The notes under the pieces are model-generated. The model was given only the letters and a program-made list of their open reading frames with translations, made no database searches and had not been told where the DNA came from. The position numbers were made by a program, and so were the translations under genes. Shown piece after piece: positions 35,601-47,600 of a DNA stretch of 64,000 nt. The DNA lies in the NCBI RefSeq assembly GCF_030684315.1, contig NC_081387.1, positions 21,756,647-21,820,646 of the forward strand. The letters are read 5' to 3'. The first letter of the stretch is position 1; each line of letters starts with the position of its first letter. The DNA comes from Stegostoma tigrinum. Lineage: Eukaryota.

Positions 35601-38600
35601 GAATGGGAAAGAGGAGCAGCCGGCTCCGGCATACCACGGCAGGACAGAGTTCTATAAAGAGGAGATCAACCAGGGGAACATCTCACTCAGACTGCGAGAT
35701 GTCCAGCTGGAGGATGAAGGCGACTACCTCTGCATGGTCGAGTTTAAGGGATTCATCGAGCAGGCACCCTTGAAGCTGAAGGCTACCAGTAAGTCCCTGT
35801 AGGAACGTCCGTCCACAGGATCGACACCTCCACTCTGTCACCCCCTCCCCTCACTCTCTACGCGCTTCTCACTGTCCTCCTGCACTCCTCCCACTCATCT
35901 TCCATTCCCTCACTCCCTCCTCTACTCCTCTCAAAACTGCCTCCCCTCATAGCTCACTCTGCTCCTCCACCACACTTCACAATCATCCCCCCCACTCACC
36001 CAACTCTTCTATTCTGCTTACCCCTTTCTTGCCCCCTCCACTCCCTGCTCTTGGTCCTGCCGCTGCCCTCTCCTTTCCCTGCGCCGCCGCTGCCCTCTCC
36101 TTTCTTCCTGCTGCAGTCCCCTTTCTTCTCCCCCGAATGTCGCTGTGCTTGCCCAACCTCCGCTCCCCTCAGTTCACCCCCTTCAACTTCCCTCTGTTTG
36201 CAGCGTTTCCCCCCCCCCCACCCCGCCCTTCGCTTGCACTTACCCAACTGCTAAAGTGGAGCAACCTGGCAGGATAATGAATGATAAGTGAGAAACAAAG
36301 ACCCACAGGGTGACAGCGATAAGCTGAGTTAATGGGCACAAGCATGGGAACTGCAGGGTAACATGACTAACTATGAAGTTGTACACATTGGTGGGAAGAA
36401 CAGATTGGTCAGGTATCAGATCAGTGGTGATGGATTGTGAATTGGTTCATGCACAATGTTATTTGGTGCCTGTTGCACACCAGTCACTGCAAATAAGAGC
36501 TTGAAAGGTAAACAGAAAGTTGGCCTTCGTAGGGAGAGGGCGTGAGATCAGGAGCCTTATGGAGACCATGTCTGGAATATTATGTGTAGTTGTAATCTCC
36601 TTCCCTAAGGGAGCATGCTCTTGCCTCGGATAGAGTGCCAAAGCTATGCTAAATCTACTCTGGTCTTTGGCCGAAGTCACAGACTGCTGAATTTTGGATG
36701 ACATCAACTTCATAGAACATAGCACAGTACAGTACAGGTCCTTCGGCCCACGATGTTGTGCCAACCTATTATCCTAATAAGATTAAACTACCCTGCACAC
36801 CCTACATTTTATAATTCTCCATGTGCCTATCCAAGAGTCACTTAAATGTCTCTTCAGTATCTGACTCCACTACCACTATCGGCAGTGCATTCCACACGCC
36901 CACCACTCTCTGTGTAAAGAACCTACCTCTGGGATCTCCCCATACCTTCCTCCAATCACCTTAAAATTATGTCCCCTCATTATAATTATTTCCACTGTGA
37001 GAAAAAGTCTCTGACTATTCACTGTGCCTCAACTCCTTTATCATCTTGTAAATCTCTATGAAGTCACATCTCCTCCTTCTTTCTTCCAATGAAGAAAGCC
37101 CTAGCTCCCTCAACCTTTCCTCATAAGACCTGCCCTCCAGTCCAGGCCACATCCTGGTAAATCTCCTCTGCACCCTCTCTATAGTTTCCACATCTTTCCT
37201 CTCAGAGGCAACCAGAACTGAACACAGTATTTGAAGTGTGGTCTAACCAGTGTTTTATAGAGCTGCAGCATAACCTTGCAGTTCTTAAAATCAATTCCCC
37301 TGCCAATGAAAGCCAACACACCACACGCCTTCTTAACAACCTTATCAACCTGGGTAGCAACTTTGAGGGATCTGTGGGCATGGACCCCAAGATCCCTCTG
37401 TTCCTCCTCACTGCCAAGAATCCTGCCATTGACCCTGTATTCTACATTCAAATTCAACCTTCCAAACTGAATCACTTCACACTTTTCTGGGTTGAATTAC
37501 TTTTGTCACTACTTTGCACAGCTCTGCATCCTGTCAATGTCCCATTGCAACCTACAACAGCCCTCCACGCTGTCCACAACTCCACTAACCTTCATGTCAT
37601 TGGCAAACTTACTAACCCACCTTCCTCTTCCTCATTCAAGTCATTTATAGAGATCACAAAGAGCAGAGGCCCCAGAACAGATCCCTGCAGAACACCACTG
37701 GTTGCTGAGCTCCAGGCTGAATACTTTCCATCTACTACCACCCTCTGTCTTCTATTGGACAGCCAGTTTTATATCCATGCAGCCAAATTTCCCGGAATCC
37801 CATGCCTCCTTTCTTTCTGAATGAGCCTACCATGTGAAACCTTATCAAATGCTTTGCTAAAATCCATGTACACCACATCCACTGCACTGCCTTCGTCAAT
37901 GTGTTTTGTCTCAAGGAATTCAATAAGGCTTTTGAGGCATGACCTGCTCCTCGTAAATCCATGCTGACTATTTCTAATCAAACTGTGCTTTTCCAAATAA
38001 TCATAAATACTATCTCTCGATATTCTCCAATAACTTGTCCACCACAGAAGTAAGACTGACCGGTCTGTAATACCCAAGATTATCCCTATTCTATTTCTTG
38101 AACAAGGCAATGACATTTGCTACCCTCCAATCATCTGGTACTACTCCAGTGGACAGTGAGGATGCAAACATCATTGTCAAAGGAGCAGCAATCTCTTCCC
38201 TTGCCTCCCATAGCAAACGGACTGGCTTAACCTCTCAATCCGTTGCCTTGGAGAGACTCAGAGTCGAATTGAAAAGCAGTGGCGTTGGTCTCCCCTCGCC
38301 TTTCCTTCCTTGTGACCAATGACTCTTCTTGTTGTAGGTCTCGGCCAGCGCCCTGTGATAAGATTGGACGGATACCAGAAAGATGGAATCGGGCTGCAAT
38401 GTGCTTCGTCTAGTTGGTACCCGCTTCCCGTGATGCACTGGGAAGACAACGGGGGAAACAACATGACAGAGATGGCAACAGTGACATCGACGAAGAACGC
38501 AGATGGCCTATACAGAGTCTCGAGCAGCATCAAGGTCACAGCTGGCTCCAGTGACACCTTCAGGTGTTTAGTGAAGAGCACCATCTTGAGGAGATCACAG

Positions 38601-41600
38601 CAGAGCTGCCTCCGCATCCCAGGTCAGTGAGCGCACTCAACTGCCGAAAGGGGCATTGCTCGTTTTCTAGTCCACTGTGGAAACTCCTGGACATTTTCCT
38701 GCCAATTAAATCCTCTGTTGACATCAGGGCTCCCTCTGCAGAGATGTTTCCGGTCCAGTCCCAAGGAAGTACTGTACTCCTAAGTCAGAGCCTAGGAATC
38801 TCACAGTGAGTAACTCACCTCCTAAATCCCCAAAGCCTGTCCACCATCTACAAGGCACAAGTCAGGAGTGTGACGGAATACTCCCAACTTGTCAGGATGG
38901 GTCCAGCCCCAACAACACTCAAGAAGCTTGACATCATCCAGGACAAAGCAACCTGCTTGGTTAGCACAATATCTACTCCCTCCATCACCGACACTCAGTA
39001 GCAACAGTGTACTATTGACAAGATGCACTGCACTAAATCACCAAGGCTCCTTAGATGACACCTTCCAGATCCTTGACCATTACCAACTAGAAGGACAAAG
39101 GCAGCAGCTACATGGGAACATACCTTGGTTAGCTCTCAGTTGACTGGATGGCTGGATGTGTGATGTCGAGTGATGCTGTAGTGAGGATTCAGTTCCCTCT
39201 GAGGTCGTCATGGAGGTCCCATGCTCTCAACCTTCTTCCAACCTTCCTTACTGACTTTGTCGTCTGCTTTTCTGAAGGAGAGTTATAGTGGACTTGAAAT
39301 GCTGGCTGTTTCTCTCTCCACAGATGCAGCCAAACCTGCTGAATTTCTCCAGCATTCTTTCTGAATCTATTTCAGCTTTTCACATTACTTTGCTTTTATT
39401 TGAGATCAGGACGTTGATTAGGCTAACACCAGCTGGACGGAATGAATTGACTCCTGCTGTGGCATAAATGTAATCAGGAGTCATGGTTGGTCTCCATCAG
39501 GGCAGAAAGCAGGTTCTTTTCACACTCGCCATCAATGATCCCAAGGCCAGGAAGTAAGGGAGCTGATTTCTAAACTTGCCACCTGCCTCCTTAGATCCTG
39601 GCAACATGCTTAACGCCTAGTCAGATAGTTCCCTGACAGCCCAGACCCCTCAACAGCCAGGGGTTAAGATGACACAGATGTGTGCTCATAATCACTTTCC
39701 CACTTGCTGGTGGTTAGATTGGTGATGGGAAGACTTCGTTGGCGACAAAGAGGCCTGCTTGGGTAGGGCGGGGCGGGATGGGGTGAGGTGTGCTAAGGAT
39801 CAGAGCTGCAGCCCATTTGATAACTTCACTTTTAATGGAGCTTTCTTCTGATTCCATTTCCAGATGAATTCTTTCCCAGGATGTCACGTTTCTTCACCGC
39901 CTTCATCCTGTTTCTCATTTTACTCTTTGGATTACTGGCAGCTGCCGGTTACTATCAGTACAAACAGCAGAAACATATAAAAGGTATGACGTCCTGGTCA
40001 CTGACCAAGAAAGGCACCATTCTGAGAGGGGTCGCCACTTTAAAACAGGGTGACAGTTTGACACTTGATAACAAAGTATGGAGCTGGATGAACACACCAG
40101 GCCAAGCAGCATCTCAGGAGCACAAAAACTGACGTTTCGGGCCTGGACCCTTCATCAGACACATGTTGCCATTTGAATGGAATGTGGTAATTGTGAAATG
40201 GTAGCTTTTGCTTTGGAATCAAGGCATTTTGGGCACTGGTTGCCACAGTGAGATGGAGTGCCATCTTTGTGTCAGTGCACCATGCTGAATTGGGCCCAGG
40301 CACCATTTTGAGAAAATTCTGAGGAAAGGGACCATTTTGTCGCTTGGTGCTATTTAGAGACAAAATCTTGCCACTTTCAGATTTGAAATGGGGCAAGAAA
40401 ACATATGTTGTGCTTGAGTTGAACAGTTGCATTGTAAGAATAGTGAACAGATACTCAAAGGGGTCTTTGGAGATTTGGATTCTGATGAGGAGGTGTAGGG
40501 GGAGGGTCTGCGGTAGGGTAGAGTGCATTCCACATGGTAGAACTGTGAATCCAGAGAGTGACAGGAAATTGTATGCCCACTATTTTACAATATGCTTTCT
40601 GATTAAAGGTGGGGGGAAAGGATTTGGCTTTCACAATGCAAGAAGTATTGTGTGTATGATTATGGCATAACTGTGTACCTCTTGAGGAATGCACGTGAAG
40701 GTATGTGTATATGTGTCAAATCTAATGGTGCAGCATATGGAAAAACCTCTCTGTTCTCTTTCAGAGCTAAACGAACGCCCAACAATCAAAGGTATGTAAT
40801 GTTTCATTTAAGCATTTGCCTCTTTCCCCCTCCGTATCACTTGTATGACAGTGATTCAATGATTAACTCTCATATCCCTGACTCAGCAGGTCAGGGGCTA
40901 ATATCCCACTCTGTAGAGATATTGGCAGGGAGGCTAGGTTCTTACTTCCAGGGCATCCTGAGGGAATACCGTGATGTCCTCGATGCCATCTTCCCAATAG
41001 CACCTTAAACCGAGGGCCTGTCCTTGGGTGGATGCCAGTTTCTTTGTCAAACTGTTTTGTTCCGTATTTTCTGAGGCTTTTCAAACTGTTGCCCTTGGAT
41101 TTGGTTTGTGAGAATTAGAATTGCCACTGGATGAACTGTGGGAGTTTTGGCCATTGCCAAACCCAGAATCTCAATCTATGAATTCAGCCCTTGGCAGGAG
41201 CAGTTTGGGACAGCGGAGCCCATGTGATCCAATCATTTTAGGTCAGCGACAGGGAAAAGAGTTGATAGTGGAGAAATGTTGGTGAGATTCTTTTTGTGAA
41301 GAGACAGATGTAGACAACTGGTTGGGTGAAGCTACTAATAGTAATAATGATTAAATGGTGGGATAGCCTCAAGGGCCTTAACGGCCTATTCCTGCTCCTT
41401 GTTCATACATTCAGTACAGAGGAATATGTACCCAGCCTGCCAGTCTGGCCTACTCCTGAATCTGGGCCCACGATGACATGGTCCATCAGTGAAGCTCTCT
41501 GAGGGACCCTGGAAGTCATTGAAGATATTTCATCGCCATTTCCTTAATAATTCACTGAAGGAGAGGTCAGGGACACCTACCTCTTCAAAACGAATCATAA

Positions 41601-44600
41601 AGTTAGCAATAGGAGAAAACCTTGTTCCACCAGTCAATAGTTGATCATGTGCCTGAGCTCCATTTACCTTTGGCCCATGGACGCTTTTGTAAATTTTATT
41701 CCTGAGAAAGTAGGCCCCAGTTTCTACCCTCTCCTTCCTGGTCCAACAGAAATAGATATTCACTGTTCTCTTTAATGTCTTGAAAATTTTGACTAAACCC
41801 TTATTTGCCTTCTTATTTCTAGGAAGTAGCAAACATTGCTTGTGTCATCTCTCCTCACAGTTTAATACTTGGAATCCTGGTATTATTCTGGCAAATTGAC
41901 TTTGTCCTGCCTGTAAGGTCAATGTACATTTCTAAGGTGTGGCGCCCAGAATTGAGCACAGTATTATGCATAAGATCAGATGAGGGCTTTGTGTGGCTGA
42001 GACATGATTTCTATCCCGCTAGGATTCTCCTCTCACCTACTGGTTTGAGAGACAGACAAACGACCTGCCCTGGTGTCTTCCCATTAGCTTGTTTTTTTTC
42101 CCTGGCAACATGTTTAAGAGCTTATAGAGTGAAGGGGATCTCTCTGCATGGAATTTGGCCAATCAAGAGACTCTCCCAGTCTCAGCATCTGCTGTAAGGA
42201 TTTACAGGTTGATAGTTACCCATCTTATGAATGCCTCTTCTGCGATCATCAGTCCTGGAGCAGGATTCGATCTCAGCTGCTGACTCAAAGGCTAGGATCG
42301 TACTCACTGGGTGTCCAACCTCTGGTGCAGTTGGGATTTGAACCCAAGACTTCTGGATCAGAGGTAGGCACTCTATCATTGTGCCATGAGAGATTCTAAT
42401 CTCACTGGGCCTCCAATCCCTTTGGATTCTAATCCTCTATCATGTTTCTGAGCTGGACTGCCAAGCCTCATTGTTAGTTAATGATCATTTGCCAATAGTT
42501 AACTCCTGTGCTCACTGACAAACGTTGGATTCCAGTCCCTATCAACCTTCGAATCCAGATTTTAAAATCTCCACTGCTGATGCCTGGGCCCTGAGCTTTG
42601 AAAGACCTACTGGAACCCTCTCTGACATTCCAGCATATTGAAAAGATGACCAAAGTCTTATCTCTCTGTGTACCCTTTTGAAAAGCTGCTCGAGTATTTC
42701 CTCATTTGGCTAGCTATCTAATTTTGTTCACTCTTGTGAAGCACCTTGGGATGTGTTACTATATTAAAGACTCTCTGTAAATACAAGTTTTTATTGTTGT
42801 TGAGAATGGTTGCTCATTGATCTTTATTCTTTTAATTGCAGAGTATGTCGAACTGTGCAATCAATCAAGTAAGAATCAGTTCAGCCATTTCCCATCTACG
42901 GCTGAGTGTTCCTTCAATCTCACAAGTGTTTGCACTTAATGAATCTTGACTGTCACTGAGCGCTCAGCCCAAGATAAAGGGGACCACGTAGAGGGTTCCA
43001 TGGTACTGTGCTTGCTGTTGAAGAACTCTGCAGCCAGTGGGACAGAGTGCCCCAGAAAGCCCCCTGTAACCAATGGGACAGTGTTCCAGTGAGCCTGTTG
43101 CAGTCAGTTTTATTTTATGCCCCCATGGGCTATGGGCATCTCTGGCTGAGCCTGCATGTCTATTGACCGTACCTTTTGAGAAGGTGGTGATCAGCTGCCT
43201 TTTTAATCCCTGCAGTCCCTGTGCCGTAGGTAGATCCACAATACCCCTAGGAGGGAGTTCCAGGATTCTGACGCAGAGATATTGAAAGAACAGTGATATA
43301 TTTCCAAGTCACGATGGTGAATGATTTAGCTGAAAGCTTGCAGGGGGTGGTGTTCCCACATACTGCCACTGCCCTTATAGATGGAAGTGGTTATGGGTAT
43401 GGAAGGTGCTGTCTGAGGATCTTTGGTGAATTCCTGCAGTGCAACTTGCAAATAGTATATAGTGCTGCTACTGAGTATCAGTGGTGGAGAGAGTGGATAT
43501 TTATGGATGTTGTGCCAATCAAGCGGGCTGCTTTGTCCTGGATGGTATCAAGCTTCGAGTGTTGTTGGGGCTGCACTCATACACAGAAGGGGGGGTATTC
43601 CATCACACTCCTGACTTGTCCCTTGGACAGGCTTTGGGAGTCAGGAGATGAGTTACTAACCGCAGTATTCCTAGGGTCTGACCTTCTCTTGTTGCCATTC
43701 TGCTTATCTGGTGAGTCCAGTTTTTGTTATCCAGTTAATAGTATCCCCAGGATTTGATTGTGGGGATATTCAGCGATGATAACACCATTAACGTTTCAAG
43801 TGGCATTGGTTACATTATCTCACATTGGTGTTGGTCATTGCCTGGTATTTGTATGGCACAGATGTTTCTTCCTATTTGTCAGCCCAAGCCTGGAGATTGT
43901 CCTGATCCCATTGTATTTGAACACAAGCTGAGTTCAGTAACTAAAGAGACATGTTTGGTGCTGAATATTGTTCAGTCAGCAGTGAACTCCCCCATTCTGG
44001 CCCTTATGGTTGAAAGAAGGTCATTGCCAAAGCAGGTAAGGATGGTTGGGCTGAGGAACTCCTGCACAGATGTCCTGGAGCTGAGTTACTCGGGATACTC
44101 TATTCCGAAATAAAGCCATAAGCTTGCTGCAGATCTGCGATTGAGGTTCACTCACAGGCACCATCTTTCTCTGGGGGTCAGGTCAATGAGATGATATCTG
44201 CCATTTGTAGGTGTCAAGGTGACTGTTAAAAATTTTAATATTTTTTCACTTACAATGCATAAGTCAGAACTGTGATGAGATACTCCCGACCTGTTTGGAT
44301 GAATACAGCTCCTAAGCACTCAAGAGGCTTGACACCGTTGAGGAAATAGCAGTCTGTTTGACTGGCACTACACCCTTCCCTCTCTCTAGCCCTGGTGCTC
44401 GGTAGCAGCACTGTATAAAGTTGTAAATATCCAAACTTCTGAACTGATGGTCACAGCTCATCCTTGATGTGTCTTTTTCCTTTTTCAGACGACCTTGAGA
44501 ACAATATTGGTGAGTTTTCTAATTCAGTGTTTTTGTTGACTGTTGATTTAACTTGTATCCACATCACTGAGTTGAATATGTTCTGTTGGTTTCCCATTTT

Positions 44601-47600
44601 AATTGAGATTGATAGATTTTGACCCCAAACCTGGGAACAATCTGTCTTAGTAGATGGTGGCTTGTGGTTAATAGCCTACCTCTAGTTGGTGAGTACAAAG
44701 CATCCTGCTTCCCCCTGCCCCAGGCCTAGGCAGAGCTCTGATCCAGATAATAGGTGAGGTCCAGACAGGGATCTGACCCAGATACTGTGTGAAGTTCTGG
44801 CAGAGATCTGATTCATGCCCTAGGCCAGGTCCAGGCAGAAATCTGATCTAGATCCAAAGCCAGTCACAATGAAAGATCTGTGTGTCTCCCTGGACACTGA
44901 AAGCCTGTCCTGATCCAGTTTCTGTCAGTTTATAATTCCAAGCATGAATACTGTTTCGCTACTATCACTAAGTTGTTTTTTTGTTTGCTTTGTTTTCTCA
45001 CAGAGAGTGCGACTGCTAACTTAGGTAAGTTACTCTCAATCCAATGTGAGGGATGCTTCTCTCTCTCATTCTGATTCTCACTGTGGCTGAAGCCGGGCAC
45101 GTTCCTCCACCTTAAGCTGCAATTTAAATACATATTGGTGTTCTCTTTCTTTTGTCTCTGTCTTTCTTGAGTTGGACATGGAATTGGAAAATAAAAGCTG
45201 AGAGGATAAACCCAATAACCGAGGCTGAACAGAAATACTGAGGACGGGACTTCCAGATTGAAGTTATTAAAACTTTGAAAGGAGCATTCATACAATGCAC
45301 ATGGAAAAGATGTTTCTAATGCTGGAGGAAATCATTGAGATTGACCTCCTGGAGTGAATGGCCTATATCTGTCCAGTAGACCTGTAGCATTTATTTAGAA
45401 ACAAAGGAAGTAGGAGTAGGCCACTCCGCCCTTCGAGCTTGCCCTGATCATGATTGTCTTCCTCAGAAGGTGGTGGAAGCAGAGTGTTTGCATACTATAA
45501 ATGCCATGATGTGGAGGTGCCAGTGATGATCTGGAATGAACAAAGTCAGAAGTCACAGGACATCAGGTTACTGTCTAACAGGTTTATTTGAAAATACTAG
45601 CTTCTAGAATGCTGCTGCTTCATCAGGACTTCACTTGACAAAGAAACATCGCACCAAAATCTTGTGGCTTCAAATAAACCTGTTGGGCTATAAACTGCTG
45701 TTGTGAGACTTCTGACTTTGAATATTATTAATGCAGATGTTGCTAGATACTTGCTGAGAAAGGGGTGAAAGGCTATCAGAAAGGGTAGGAGGAAATGTGG
45801 ATGAATCAAATCAGCCATTGAATGTGCAGAGCAGACTCGAGGGGCTGAGTGGCCTGCTCCCTGTCCTGAGGCGTAGGTTTGTGACCTAGTGTGTTTCTCC
45901 CTTTATTCTACCTCTCTCCCACTGCCTCCTCTTGTCTGCCTCTCACTCGATCTATCACTGTGTGTCTCTGGCACTCTCGCTCGCTTCCTGTCACACTGTT
46001 TCTGTTGTTGTCTGTTTACTGAGGAATGTGGTGGGATGTTATTGGAATAGTGTGGCCTTGAAGTAACATAGGAATGGATGAGAGTTTCAGTGATGGATGA
46101 ACTGAGGCTGGACAAAGTTGGACAGCGTTGGGAGGGTGAATAAGTGGACTTGACTTTTCTGACTGGATGAGTTTGTGGTGGGATTGGTGGTCTTGTTCTG
46201 ATTGAGTAGAGCGTTGATCATGCCACAGGGAGGTAATGTTTTATTAACGAAGATATCTTTGCTTCATTACAGACCTGGAGAAGAGGCTGTGTCAAACAGG
46301 TAAGGTCTCAATGGGCTGATGCAGCACTGGTCAAATTCTCGGTGTTTCTCGATCTCAGACCTCCACAGTTTGCTCCCATCTGAACCTGACTCCCTCACCT
46401 TTCACAAAAAGGCTAGATAGCCTGTTGGCTTGCCCCACTGTCCTATCAACAATTGGAGATTTGACAGATGCCAGCATCAATGGGCTGAATGACATCTGTC
46501 TACACTGTAAAGATTCAGTGATAGTGTTGATTGATGGGATGGAGTGGAGCTGTGGATTATTAGTCAGGCTGCATGCCTTTGATGTGTTACTGACCCTCGT
46601 ACATGAACCTGGACAGGAGGTCATCACACCTCACCCTGACAGCTAAAAGGTACAGATCAGAAAAGCCCATTGACCCAACAAAGCCCGCCCCTTGAGAAGA
46701 CCTCAACTGTTTCCCATCAGTGACATCTCTGCTGTGGGAAAATTAAAATCCTTCCTCGATTTTTGTGGAAAGATTGTAACTGTTTCTATGTTTCCAGAAC
46801 ATTGTGCACTTAATGTTGGAGCATACAACAGTACAGCCCAGGAACAGGTCCTTCGTCCCACCGTGTCTGTTCCGTCCATGATGGTATTCTAAGCTAGTCC
46901 CATCTGCCTGTATGTGGTCCATAGCTCGTCTATTTCTTGCCTGTTTGTGTGTCTGTCTAAATGCCTCTTAAACATTTCTATCATCTCTGCCTTTAGGATG
47001 TCCCCTGACACAGCATTCCAGGCACTTACCACCCTCTACGTAAACAAAAAAACTTGCTTTACACATCTCCTTTAAATGTTTGCCCTTTCACCTTAAATCG
47101 ATGCCCCTTGTATTTGACATTTCCACCTTGGGACTATCCATGCCCCACAAAATTTTATAACTTCTATCAGTTTGCCTGTCATCTCTGAAGCTCCTTGGAA
47201 ACAATCCAAGTTTGTCCAATCTCTCCTTATAGCTAATGTGCTCCAATCCAGGCAATGACCTAGTAAACCTCTTTTGCATTCTCTCCAATGCCTCCACACC
47301 CTCCCAATAGTGTAGTGATCAGAACTACACACAGTACTCCAAATGTGACCTAAAATGAACAGCTGCACCATGACTTGCCAACTTTTATACTCAGTGCACC
47401 AGCTGATGAAGACAAGCATGCTGTATGCCTCCTTTATTATCTTATCCATTTGTGTTACGACTTTCAGGGAGCTTTGGACTTCCACACCAGGATCCGTCTT
47501 TAATCAATGATCCTCTGAGTCCTGCCATTTACTTTATACCTTCCTGTTACAATTGACCTCTCAGTGCAACACCTCACACTTGTCCAGATTAAAATCCATC

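Noticed and set aside
43293-44113. 154-aa and 119-aa ORFs as a nested gene
   Set aside because: They lie in a LINE-derived repeat that recurs at about 6000-6500, 14300-14600, 20350-20650, 21690-21990 and 38810-39130; no coherent protein.
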